From contig JBEKYR010000002.1 of the NCBI GenBank assembly GCA_049510745.1, positions 1 to 64,000 of the forward strand: DNA of 64,000 bases, read 5' to 3'. The DNA comes from Verrucomicrobiota bacterium. Its GTDB lineage: Bacteria; Verrucomicrobiota; Verrucomicrobiia; Limisphaerales; Palsa-1400. Below the pieces are notes generated by a model, which did no database searches, was not told the origin of the DNA, and worked only from the letters and a program-made list of their open reading frames with translations. Both the position numbers and the translations under genes were made by a program. Position 1 is the stretch's first letter; each line of letters starts with the position of its first letter. This document shows, piece by piece, positions 20,511 to 29,371 of this stretch.

Positions 20511-20682
20511 GTTTATCGGGCTGACTTCAAAGCCGACGCACCGATGTGCTGCGGACTGTTTCCCTGAAGACTGCATGATCCAGCCGTTGCGTCGTTCCAA
20601 GAGCCGAATTCATTCGATTCCAGCCGATTCCAGCCAACTATAGACTTGGCGTTTGACTTGGATCGCGCCACGTTTGATTCCG

Positions 20683-21744
20683 GTGCGCACGTCGGATTTT
20701 GACTATTCCTTGCCGCCGGAACTGATCGCCCAGGCGCCGGTTCCCCAGCGCGATCAGTCTCGCCTGCTGGTCTTGGATCGGGCCACAGGGCAGATTGCCC
20801 ATCGCCACTTCCGGGACTTGTTGCAGTACCTCAGCCCGGAGGATGTCCTAGTGCTCAATGACTCGAAGGTCATCCCGGCGCGCCTGCGGGGCCGCAATGC
20901 GCGGACGGGCGGCCATTTTGAAGTGCTTCTTCTGGAGGAACTTGCGGAGAACGATTGGTGGACCATGATGCGACCGGGAAAACGGGGCAGGCAGGGAACA
21001 AAGATTCAAATCCTGGACAAATATCAGCAGCCGTCGGCGCTGGAAGCCACAGTGCTGGAAATCAACGCCGAAGGCCATCGCCGCCTGCAATTTGCCGGGC
21101 CGAAGCCGGTTTTGGCGGAACTGGATGCCTTGGGGGAAGTCCCGCTGCCGCCCTACATCGAACGCCCAACGGAGCAACCGGCCGACCGCGAACGTTACCA
21201 GACGGTCTATGCCCAAGCCCCAGGCTCCGTGGCCGCGCCGACAGCCGGTTTGCACTTTACGCGGGGTTTCCTGGAAGAAATCCGCGCGCGCGGCGTAAAA
21301 ACCTGCTTTGTGACCCTGCACGTCGGTTTGGGGACTTTTGCCTCGGTCAAGGCGGAGGAAGTGTCGGGACACATCATGCACTCCGAGCGCTTCACCATTA
21401 GCGCCGCTACTGCGGAAACGATCCGTGCCGCCAAAGAATTCAACCGTCGCGTCGTGGCCGTGGGCACCACCACGTTGCGAGTCCTGGAAAGCGCCGGCGC
21501 GGGCCAACTGGCCGCCGGTGCCGGGCGGACCAACCTGTTCGTCCACCCGCCGTTTCATTTTCAAATCGTCGATGCTTTGGTGACCAACTTTCACCTGCCG
21601 CGTTCGACGCTGCTGATGCTGGCCGCCGCCTTCGCCGCGCCGGGCGACACGCGGGGCCGGCCATTGATCCTGCGGGCCTACGAGGAAGCCATCGCCCGGC
21701 GCTACCGCTTTTTCAGCTACGGCGATGCGATGCTTTTATGGTGA
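20683..21744 (+). CDS. queA: S-adenosylmethionine:tRNA ribosyltransferase-isomerase
   Basis: FDYSLPPELIAQ, PLPPYI, GSVAAPTAGLHF, TNFHLPRSTL, YRFFSYGDAM. Confidence 0.97.
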   Translation: MRTSDFDYSLPPELIAQAPVPQRDQSRLLVLDRATGQIAHRHFRDLLQYLSPEDVLVLNDSKVIPARLRGRNARTGGHFEVLLLEELAENDWWTMMRPGKRGRQGTKIQILDKYQQPSALEATVLEINAEGHRRLQFAGPKPVLAELDALGEVPLPPYIERPTEQPADRERYQTVYAQAPGSVAAPTAGLHFTRGFLEEIRARGVKTCFVTLHVGLGTFASVKAEEVSGHIMHSERFTISAATAETIRAAKEFNRRVVAVGTTTLRVLESAGAGQLAAGAGRTNLFVHPPFHFQIVDALVTNFHLPRSTLLMLAAAFAAPGDTRGRPLILRAYEEAIARRYRFFSYGDAMLLW

Positions 21745-22281
21745 GACGGGGGCGGTTTGCTCGGCGCGGCGGGCCATGAGCCACAAGGCGTCGGAGAGCC
21801 GGTTGAGGTAAATAATAATTTCCACGTTGTCGAGCTGGCCGGCCTCGCGCAACGCGCAGGCGCGCCGCTCCGCCCGCCGGCAGGCCGTCCGCGCCAGGTC
21901 CAGCGCGGCGGCGGGGAGGTTCGCGCCCGGAGTCGCCCAACCTTTGCGGGAAATGTTTTGCGATTCAATCCCGGCGACGACGGCATCGAGCCGGGCGGTC
22001 ATTTCCCCGGTCACGACGGCAAAGCCGTCCTTGACGTAACGGGGCAAATCCCCGGGTTGGGTGGCCAGTTCGCCCATGAGGATGACGAGTTCCTGTTGAA
22101 TGGCGAACAACTGCGCGCCGAGGCTGGATTGCGGGGCCGTCGCGCGCGCCAGGCCGAGAGCGGCGTTGAGTTCATCGACGGCGCCGTAGGCCTCGACCCG
22201 CGGGTGGCATTTGGAAACGCGCCGGTTGTACAGCAACCCGGTGGTGCCGTCATCTCCTGTCTTTGTGGCGATGGTGCCCAT
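21736..22281 (-). CDS. pduO: PduO-type cob(I)alamin adenosyltransferase
   Basis: IATKTGDDGTTGL, EAYGAVDELNA, ARTACRRAER, YLNRLSDAL. Confidence 0.92.
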   Translation of the reverse strand: MGTIATKTGDDGTTGLLYNRRVSKCHPRVEAYGAVDELNAALGLARATAPQSSLGAQLFAIQQELVILMGELATQPGDLPRYVKDGFAVVTGEMTARLDAVVAGIESQNISRKGWATPGANLPAAALDLARTACRRAERRACALREAGQLDNVEIIIYLNRLSDALWLMARRAEQTAPVSP

Positions 22282-22353
22282 TTGCTCATTTTTGCCGGGG
22301 CGACTAAAGATTGACGCCCGCGGCGAACTCCTGTAGTCTGGCCGAAAAGCGCC

Positions 22354-22614
22354 ATGAACATCAAATTGATTCTCAAATCTCTGGTCATAATCGCCGTGCT
22401 GGCCTTGCTGGTGATTATGGGACTGAACAACCCCACCGACGTTACGCTGAAGATGCCCAATATCTTGCCGCATCCGCAGACGCTGCCGGCGGCGCTCATG
22501 TATTTCGCTTTCTTCGGACTCGGCTTTCTGGTCGGCGCCATCCTGATGGCGGGCGGCGGAAAGAAGAGCGCCGGCGGCGGGAGCGGCGGCAAATCCAACA
22601 AGGCGCAGGCGTAA
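22354..22614 (+). CDS. LapA (DUF1049)-like small membrane protein
   Basis: Two TM helices separated by NNPTDVTL. Confidence 0.6.
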   Translation: MNIKLILKSLVIIAVLALLVIMGLNNPTDVTLKMPNILPHPQTLPAALMYFAFFGLGFLVGAILMAGGGKKSAGGGSGGKSNKAQA

Positions 22615-22654
22615 CTGAGGGCCGCCACTTGATGGCTTGCCCTTTTCCCATCAA

Positions 22655-22730
22655 AAAGATGCCGGCAGAAGCCGCCGGTTTGACCGATCACCGCTGGAGT
22701 GGCGAGGAATTGCTCTCAGCAAAAATCTAA
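22655..22730 (+). pseudogene. C-terminal relic of an IS1-like transposase
   Basis: Translates KMPAEAAGLTDHRWSGEELL, matching TPAMEAGLTDHVWSLEEII at 26470-26530. Confidence 0.6.
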
Positions 22731-22997
22731 TAGAGCATGACCCTTTTCCGCGCCCGCAAATTAACTGCAAACCTGGCGGAAACGCTTACACAACCCGCAT
22801 AACACTCGTATCTTTCGTAATATAAATGACTTGCATACGAAAATGGGTTCAAAACATGGATTTATAGTCGGAAATCGTTACACTTATGTTGCTTTCCATT
22901 CGCCCATCTAAAGAAGACGCCAATACGATTATAATGTGTTTATTACCAACACGTTCCGTAATAAAAGCCGTCATAAATTAGAGCCCATTAAATGTAT

Positions 22998-23012
22998 TGG
23001 CACGCCACTTGC
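22998..23012 (+). promoter_or_regulatory. Sigma54 -24/-12 promoter
   Basis: TGGCAC-GCCAC-TTGC upstream of the VPDSG-CTERM gene. Confidence 0.75.
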
Positions 23013-23151
23013 CTACATATCATTGTTAGTAATTATTTAGGGCCGTTGCAGTTCGGCATCTGGCTGAAGAATGACCTTGAAAATGAAACACGCGGTCAGT
23101 TTGAGTTTGATCCTAACGAGAAGACAAACGAAATAAGGAAAAAAAGAGACT

Positions 23152-23820
23152 ATGAAGAAATACTCAGCGATATTGGCCGCGCTTGCGGCAACCGCCGTGT
23201 CCATGACAGCCATGGGGGATACAATTCAATACACCCATTGGACATCAGACAACCTCGGCCTCGGCCAAGTTTACGGCACGTTGGGCGGCGTTAACGTCAC
23301 CTATTCCGGAGAGGTTGCATTCGATCAACTCAACAATACTGGCACATACTGGTACACCGATCCGAGCCAGGTGCCGGGTTCAGGCACCGAATACCTCAAC
23401 GCCGTCGTCGGCAACACCCCCTCTACCAGCGACATGATCGCAATCACGGGCGCGTCTGTTGTTGACACCTTTACTTTCAGCAGCCCGGTGACGGACCCGG
23501 TGATGCTCCTGGTGAGTTTAGGCCAATCCGGTATACATACGACTTATACTTTCAACACACCTTTCACTGTGCTGAGTGATGGCCCCGGATGGTGGGGCGG
23601 TCCTGGCACTCTGGTGCAGAGCGGCAACGCGTTGACGGGCATTGAGGGGGATGGCTCCATTGAATTCGTGGGCACCTATTCCTCGATCAGTTTCGTCGGA
23701 TCGGCACCCGAGTATTGGAACGGCTTCACGATTGGCACGCCGGTTCCCGACGGCGGCTTGACGGCTGCCCTCCTCGGCGGCGCGTTGGTCGGTTTGCAGG
23801 CGCTGCGTCGCAAGATGTAA
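23152..23820 (+). CDS. VPDSG-CTERM (PEP-CTERM-like) exosortase-targeted surface protein
   Basis: Signal peptide, Thr/Gly/Ser-rich body, C-terminal VPDGG + TM + RRK. Confidence 0.88.
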   Translation: MKKYSAILAALAATAVSMTAMGDTIQYTHWTSDNLGLGQVYGTLGGVNVTYSGEVAFDQLNNTGTYWYTDPSQVPGSGTEYLNAVVGNTPSTSDMIAITGASVVDTFTFSSPVTDPVMLLVSLGQSGIHTTYTFNTPFTVLSDGPGWWGGPGTLVQSGNALTGIEGDGSIEFVGTYSSISFVGSAPEYWNGFTIGTPVPDGGLTAALLGGALVGLQALRRKM

Positions 23821-23848
23821 AAGAGCATCGTCTGCCGTTTGTTTTCTC

Positions 23849-23879
23849 AAAGGCAGGGCCTCATCGCCCTGCCTTTTTT
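23849..23879 (+). terminator. Intrinsic terminator
   Basis: aaaggcagggc-ctcatc-gccctgccttt followed by a T-run. Confidence 0.8.
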
Positions 23880-24039
23880 GTTTCCCCTGCCGGCTGATCA
23901 AAGGCGTCTTAACAATCCATTTCCGACCCGCTGAAAACGCTTGGAATTGCGCCGTTTTTGCGTTACGGTTAGAACAGCGGTTGGAAGAGGGTCATTTTGC
24001 TTGATTTTTGGGTGTAGAACCGCTTGATTATCAACGGTT

Positions 24040-24124
24040 GCGCTTATGGTGGAATTGGCAGACACGCTACTTTGAGGTGGTAGTGGCGAAAGCCGTGCAG
24101 GTTCAAGTCCTGCTAAGCGCACCA
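24040..24124 (+). tRNA. tRNA-Leu (anticodon GAG)
   Basis: GCGCTTA/TAAGCGC acceptor stem, anticodon arm ctact-ttGAGgt-ggtag, long variable arm, GGTTCAAGTCC T-arm, encoded CCA. Confidence 0.95.
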
Positions 24125-24164
24125 ATTTTCCTGAGGAAACTGCGGCTTTTGGTATTTCCCGCAC

Positions 24165-24271
24165 AGATTCAGGCAGTCAAGCGAAACATTCAACGGTTTC
24201 CCGAAGAATTCGTTTTTCGGCTGACCAGGGACGAAGGCGAACTTTTAAGGTCACAATCTGTGACGAGTTGA
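24165..24271 (+). pseudogene. ORF6N-domain DNA-binding protein fragment
   Basis: QAVKRNIQRFPEEFVFRLTRDEGELLRSQSVTS matches the ORF6N core; no start codon or N-terminus. Confidence 0.7.
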
Positions 24272-24304
24272 CACGCATAACGCTCGGCGTTATAGTTGCC
24301 GCAG

Positions 24305-24586
24305 ATGATACGCAGCTTCGCCTGCAAGGAAACCGAGCGGCTGTTCAACGATGAACCGGCGCGGCGCTTGCCGCACCAGATTCAACGAGCGGCACGACGA
24401 AAATTGCTGCTGCTGCATCAGGCGCGGAGTCTGAATGACTTGCGCTCGCCTGACGGCAACCACTTGGAAGCCTTGAAAGACGACCGCAGAGGCCAGCACA
24501 GCATCCGCGTCAATGACCAGTGGCGAATTTGCTTCCGCTGGCAGGGCGAAGAGGCGTTGGACGTGGAAATTGTGGATTACCATTGA
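24305..24586 (+). CDS. higB: HigB/RelE-family toxin (plasmid maintenance killer type)
   Basis: MIRSFACKETERLF, GNHLEAL, SIRVNDQWRICFRW, VEIVDYH. Confidence 0.92.
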   Translation: MIRSFACKETERLFNDEPARRLPHQIQRAARRKLLLLHQARSLNDLRSPDGNHLEALKDDRRGQHSIRVNDQWRICFRWQGEEALDVEIVDYH

Positions 24587-24591
24587 ATACT

Positions 24592-24909
24592 GTGAAAACG
24601 AACAAGCTGCCTCCGATCCATCCGGGCGAAATTCTCCGCGAAGAATTTATGAAGCCGCGCGGCCTTTCACAAAACGCGCTGGCGCGGGCCTTGAACGTGC
24701 CGCCGCGCCGGATCAATGAAATCGTTTTGGAAAAGCGCGGCATCACCGCGGACACGGCGTTGCGTCTGGCCCGATACTTTGGCACGAGCGCGGAAATGTG
24801 GGCGGGCTTGCAGGCCGATTACGATTTGCGCCTGGCGCGTTACGAAAAAGCCCGAACCATTGAGCGCGAGGTTGAGCCGCTGGCTGCGTTGCGGCCCGTG
24901 ATAGCGTAA
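24592..24909 (+). CDS. higA: HigA antitoxin (XRE HTH)
   Basis: PIHPGEILREEF, RINEIV, ITADTALRLARYFGTS. Confidence 0.93.
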   Translation: MKTNKLPPIHPGEILREEFMKPRGLSQNALARALNVPPRRINEIVLEKRGITADTALRLARYFGTSAEMWAGLQADYDLRLARYEKARTIEREVEPLAALRPVIA

Positions 24910-25008
24910 ATCTTGCCGTAAAATTCAGAGGCGTCTGCCCTGACGAAAACGTCTCGCCTTCCGAAAAACGCAGTTGCCACGGTCTTTCTTTTGCCCGACG
25001 TTTCCACT

Positions 25009-25857
25009 GTGCGAATCGTAAAGAGCATCACCGCCATGCAACGTCTGGCCCGCCAGTGGCAGGGCCGGCGCGTCCCGGTCGCGTTCGTTCCGACGATGGG
25101 TTATTTGCACCGCGGCCACCTCAGCCTGGTCGAGCGCGCCCGGCGGCTCTTCGGCCCGCGCGGCAAGGTGGTGGTCAGCGTTTATGTCAATCCCACCCAA
25201 TTCGCGCCCACCGAGGACCTCGCCAAATATCCGCGCAACGTCGCCCGCGACAAAAAACTCTGCGCGCAGGCGGGCGCGGATGTGTTTTTTGTTCCCTCGG
25301 ACGCGGCCATGTACCCCGCCGGTTTCAGCACTTACGTCGTCGAGGAGGCCTTGTCGCGGAGCATGGAGGGGGCGTCGCGCCCGGCGCATTTCCGCGGCGT
25401 GACGACGGTGGTGGCCAAGCTCTTCCACATCGTCCTGCCGACGGCGGCGGTTTTCGGAGCGAAGGATTTTCAGCAGGCGGCCCTCGTCGAGAAAATGGCG
25501 CGGGAGTTGAATTTTCCGGTCAAAATCATCGTCGCGCCGACCGTGCGCGAACCGGACGGATTGGCCCTGAGTTCGCGCAACCAATATCTCTCGGAAACGC
25601 AGCGCCGGCAGGCGACCATCCTCTGGCGGGCGATTCAACACGCCAAAGCCGCGCTCGGCGCCGGCCCCGTGCCGGCCGCGCGACTCAAAGAGGAATTGCG
25701 CGCGCTGGTGGAAACGCAGCCGGAAGCGCGTCTGGATTACGTCGAGTTCTTCGATCCGAAAACGCTCGTGCCGTCCGCGCAGGTCCGGAAGGGAACCCGC
25801 ATGGCGCTGGCCGTCTTCATCGGCCGGGCGCGCCTGATTGATAACGCCGCGCTCTGA
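25009..25857 (+). CDS. panC: Pantoate--beta-alanine ligase
   Basis: FVPTMGYLHRGH, VNPTQF, FGAKDFQQ, REPDGLALSSRN, RLIDN. Confidence 0.96.
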   Translation: MRIVKSITAMQRLARQWQGRRVPVAFVPTMGYLHRGHLSLVERARRLFGPRGKVVVSVYVNPTQFAPTEDLAKYPRNVARDKKLCAQAGADVFFVPSDAAMYPAGFSTYVVEEALSRSMEGASRPAHFRGVTTVVAKLFHIVLPTAAVFGAKDFQQAALVEKMARELNFPVKIIVAPTVREPDGLALSSRNQYLSETQRRQATILWRAIQHAKAALGAGPVPAARLKEELRALVETQPEARLDYVEFFDPKTLVPSAQVRKGTRMALAVFIGRARLIDNAAL

Positions 25858-26076
25858 CTAGCGCCGCGTGCTTTTCAACCGGGCGTCATCCAGGGAAACG
25901 ATATGCAGCGGATCAATTTTGATCGAATGATCCTCCGCATCCAGGACGACGAGCACATTCTTGCCGACCGCGATGAAATCGGGGTGCGGAATCGGGATTT
26001 TGCGTCCATCCGACAACCGGATGATGAACGGACTAAAATCCGGGTGTAACCTTTTGCGAACATGGTCGAGATTCAC
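25858..26076 (-). CDS. Small hypothetical protein (PFxIRLxDGR...HPDFI type)
   Basis: GTG start, 72 aa, FSPFIIRLSDGRKIPIPHPDFIAV. Confidence 0.6.
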   Translation of the reverse strand: MNLDHVRKRLHPDFSPFIIRLSDGRKIPIPHPDFIAVGKNVLVVLDAEDHSIKIDPLHIVSLDDARLKSTRR

Positions 26077-26244
26077 CTGTCCTTTATCGTCTAAAACGCC
26101 AGGTTGGTCAAGGCCCGTCAAGGCCGGGTAGTGGGCTACTTTGAATTTTGTAATCGCCTTTTCCCCCGGCTGGCATGGTGAACTAGGGGCATGATTAAAC
26201 CAGCGAAAAAGCGCAAAGGGGATTGAAGGCACGGGCAGAGATTT

Positions 26245-26541
26245 ATGGAGCAGACCCTCCGCTTCAAGAAACGCATCATGGGAAACCCTCAGAGCGATCT
26301 CGTTTCGGCCAGCCACATTGAACGGCAGAACTTGACCGTTCGCACGTCCAACAGCCGATTTACCAGGCTCACGAATGCGTTTTCCAAGAAGATCGAAAAC
26401 CACAAATACATGATGGCCCTTTACGCCATGCACGATAATTTCTGCCGGGTTCACCAAGCGTTGCGCGTCACCCCGGCGATGGAAGCTGGCTTGACCGATC
26501 ACGTCTGGAGTTTGGAAGAAATTATTCACTTGCTTGATTAA
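26245..26541 (+). pseudogene. C-terminal part of an IS1-like DDE transposase
   Basis: GNPQSDLVSASHIERQNLTVR...RFTRLTNAFSKKIENH...NFCRVHQALRVTPAMEAGLTDHVW. Confidence 0.8.
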
Positions 26542-26579
26542 AGGTGTTGTGTTAGTATTGTGGAGTTACAAATACTAAT

Positions 26580-26933
26580 ATGAATACACGAGTTGCGCTG
26601 ATTGAAACCATAAACATGCTTAAAAACTCCCAAATGCGCTTGGAGACGATCTTGGAATCGCTTCCCAAACCCGCGCTTGGAAAGCCGCCACAACCAGATT
26701 ATAGGCAGAGGGTTGAGAGGAAGATATGGAATGTCTGGGACGCCTTGAAATCAGAGAGGGAATTCACTCCTCGAAAGGCGAAGGCCATTGCGACAAAAGA
26801 CACCACATCTGGATATGGTGGCTCAATTTCATCATATTCAGCAATTCTTTCACGGTGGCACGAGGAGGGTTATATCGAAAGGACTAAGGAAGGAAGCGGC
26901 CCAAACCCGGCATATTATAGGATTCCGAATTAA
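26580..26933 (+). CDS. Passenger protein with probable C-terminal winged HTH
   Basis: Low-GC ORF; SAILSRWHEEGYIERTKEGSGPNPAYYR helix-wing pattern. Confidence 0.55.
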   Translation: MNTRVALIETINMLKNSQMRLETILESLPKPALGKPPQPDYRQRVERKIWNVWDALKSEREFTPRKAKAIATKDTTSGYGGSISSYSAILSRWHEEGYIERTKEGSGPNPAYYRIPN

Positions 26934-26956
26934 AATACCCATAAGAAGGAGTCAAA

Positions 26957-27193
26957 ATGGAAGTGGAGAATCTACTGGATGTTGCAATTGCATACGTGGG
27001 CGGTTTCATTATCTGTGGGCTTATCGGTCTTTTTGGTTCTGATTTCATAATGCAGCTTTACGACGACGAAAGGCCATTTGAACCAGAACAAGAAAAAAGG
27101 CAGGAGAATCGAGACGCAGCAGGCAAGGTATCAACGCGTGTTGGATTATTTGCGGGCGTAGCGTGGATTCTTTACCGATTTTTTTCAAAGTAG
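26957..27193 (+). CDS. Small two-TM passenger protein
   Basis: AAGGAG RBS; two hydrophobic segments; stop codon lies inside the right TIR. Confidence 0.55.
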   Translation: MEVENLLDVAIAYVGGFIICGLIGLFGSDFIMQLYDDERPFEPEQEKRQENRDAAGKVSTRVGLFAGVAWILYRFFSK

Positions 27194-27234
27194 CCCGCTA
27201 CACAAAGCCGGTCAAGTCCCGTCCACGCCCGTCA

Positions 27235-27266
27235 CTTTGAACTTTGAACCTTGAACTTTTGAACTC
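27235..27266. repeat. Heptamer tandem repeat (ACTTTGA)n
   Basis: actttga actttga accttga acttttga ac. Confidence 0.6.
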
Positions 27267-27323
27267 GCCAAACACAGAAGGACTTGCCTCGCGGCGGGGA
27301 TGCGGCCAAGCTGGCCAAGGTTA

Positions 27324-28376
27324 ATGATGAAGCGCAGAACCACTGTTGTAATTTTGATCCTCGTTGCCCTCGCCGTTGCCCTTGGCTTCCTGGTGGCGCC
27401 GCGGCAGCGGGCGATTCTTCTGACGGGAATTGTGACGACCGATGAAGTCATCGTCAGCGCCGAAATCCAGGGCCGCCTGCAGCAACTTCTGGTGCGCGAA
27501 GGCGACGTCGTGAGCAACGGGCAATTGCTGGCGGTCATCCAGCCGCAGCAATGGGCGGCGGAAATGGAGTTTTACACCAACAACGCCCGGCAATCGTCGG
27601 CCCAGGTGACGCAGGCCCAAGCGGACCTGGAATTCCAGATCGAGCAAAGCAGCAACCTCATCCGGCAAAGCGAGGCGACCCTCGCCGCCACGCGCGATCA
27701 AGTCGCCCAAGCCGAGGCGGACCTGGACAACGCGACGCTGACCTTCAAACGCGAGGAGGGCCTTTACCAGCAGCACGTCGATTCCGCCAAGGATTACGAC
27801 CAGGCCCGCACCGCTTTCGACGGCGTCCGGGCGCGGGTGGAATCGCTGCGCAAACAAACCGTGGCGGCGGAGGCGGCGGTGGCGCTGGCCAAAGCAACCG
27901 CCGCCCAGACCGCCGCGCGCCGGGCCGCCCTGGCCGCCAGCCAGGACCAGCAGGCGGCGGCGGACGCGCAGTCGGAAAAGGCGCGGGTGCAATTGGGCTA
28001 CACCCGCATTTACGCGCCCGCCGGCGGGACCGTCGATGTCCGCGCGGCCCTGCCGGGCGAGGTGGTCAATCCCGGCCAGGGGATTGTGACGCTGATCGAT
28101 CCCGACCAATTGTGGGTGCGGGCGGACGTGGAGGAGAGTTATATTGACAGGATTCGTCTGGGCGACAAGTTCACCGTGCGGCTGCCCTCCGGGGCGGAGC
28201 GGACGGGCACGGTCTTCTATCGCGCGATCGACGCCGATTACGCGACGCAGCGGGACGTGAGCCGGACCAAGCGCGACATCAAGACGTTCGAAATCCGCCT
28301 GCGCTGCCCCAACGGCGACCGCGCGCTGGCGGTGGGGATGACGGCCTCCGTGGTGCTGGCGCTGGGAAAGCCGTGA
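27324..28376 (+). CDS. HlyD-family periplasmic adaptor of ABC efflux system
   Basis: N-terminal TM, lipoyl half-motifs (VREGDVVSNGQLLA; IYAPAGGTV), coiled coil. Confidence 0.9.
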   Translation: MMKRRTTVVILILVALAVALGFLVAPRQRAILLTGIVTTDEVIVSAEIQGRLQQLLVREGDVVSNGQLLAVIQPQQWAAEMEFYTNNARQSSAQVTQAQADLEFQIEQSSNLIRQSEATLAATRDQVAQAEADLDNATLTFKREEGLYQQHVDSAKDYDQARTAFDGVRARVESLRKQTVAAEAAVALAKATAAQTAARRAALAASQDQQAAADAQSEKARVQLGYTRIYAPAGGTVDVRAALPGEVVNPGQGIVTLIDPDQLWVRADVEESYIDRIRLGDKFTVRLPSGAERTGTVFYRAIDADYATQRDVSRTKRDIKTFEIRLRCPNGDRALAVGMTASVVLALGKP

Positions 28377-29371
28377 CCATGTTCGCCGTCGAAGTCGAGA
28401 ACCTGACGAAGCGGTTCGGCGATTTTTGTGCCGTGGACCATTTGAACTTCAAGGTCGAGAAGGGGGAAATTTTCGGGGTTCTGGGCCCAAACGGGGCGGG
28501 GAAATCGACCCTCATCCGCATGTTGACGACGTTGATCCCGCCGAGCGAAGGGACGGCGCGGATTGACGGGTTGGATGTTGTCAAGCAGGCCAACGAAGTG
28601 CGCCAGTTGATCGGCGTCATCCCGCAGGCCATGACGTCGGACCTCGATTTGACCGCCACGGAGAACATGAGCATCTTCGCCAAGCTCTACGGCATCCCGC
28701 GCGAGAAACGGCGGCGCGCGATTGGCGAGTTGCTGCGGGCGGTGGACCTGGAACAATGGGCCGACAAACCTGTCAAGATGTTTTCCGGCGGCATGAGGCG
28801 GCGGCTGGAAATCGCGCGCGGCCTGGTGCATGAGCCGAATCTGTTTTTCCTGGATGAACCGACCACCGGCCTGGACCCGGTTTCGCGCGTGGCGGTGTGG
28901 GAGATGCTGGCCAAATTAAAAAGCGCCCGCGAGCTGACCATCCTGGTTTCGACCCATTACATGGACGAGGCCGACAAATTATGCGACCGCGTGGCCATCA
29001 TCGACCATGGCAAGCTGGCGGCGCTGGATTCGCCCTTGAAATTGAAGGCGTCGATTCCGGGCAAAAACATACTCGAAGCCGGCTTTTCCAGCGTGCCGAC
29101 GGGCTGGGAGCAGACGCTGAGGGCGCTGCCCGACGTGGCCGAGGTCAAGGCGGAGGACAGCATGTTCCGCATCTCCTCGAACAACGGCGCGCGCACGACG
29201 GTGGCCTTGCTGGAAGCGGCGCGGCAGGCGGGCATCACGCTGACCTCGCTCTCGGTGCAAAGCACGACGCTGGATGACGTGTTCGTGCATTACACCGGGC
29301 ATCAGTTGCGCGACGCGCTGCAAACCTCGGTCAACTACAGCAGTTCGTTCATGTACGAACCCAAACGTTGA
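28373..29371 (+). CDS. ABC-2 type ATP-binding protein (DrrA-like)
   Basis: GPNGAGKST, FSGGMRRRL, LDEPTTGLDP. Confidence 0.93.
   Translation: MTMFAVEVENLTKRFGDFCAVDHLNFKVEKGEIFGVLGPNGAGKSTLIRMLTTLIPPSEGTARIDGLDVVKQANEVRQLIGVIPQAMTSDLDLTATENMSIFAKLYGIPREKRRRAIGELLRAVDLEQWADKPVKMFSGGMRRRLEIARGLVHEPNLFFLDEPTTGLDPVSRVAVWEMLAKLKSARELTILVSTHYMDEADKLCDRVAIIDHGKLAALDSPLKLKASIPGKNILEAGFSSVPTGWEQTLRALPDVAEVKAEDSMFRISSNNGARTTVALLEAARQAGITLTSLSVQSTTLDDVFVHYTGHQLRDALQTSVNYSSSFMYEPKR

Larger units (their letters stand above)
26127..27202 (+). mobile_element. Internally deleted IS1-like element with passenger genes
   Basis: TIRs GGTAGTGGGCTACTTTGAA / TTCAAAGTAGCCCGCTACA; flanking 8-bp near-duplication CAAGGCCG / CAAAGCCG; lower GC. 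Confidence 0.75.

Noticed and set aside
27209..27240. Degenerate tRNA 3'-end / att site (ggtcaagtcccgtccacgcccgtca)
   Set aside because: It does not match the tRNA-Leu in the window and is too degenerate to support.
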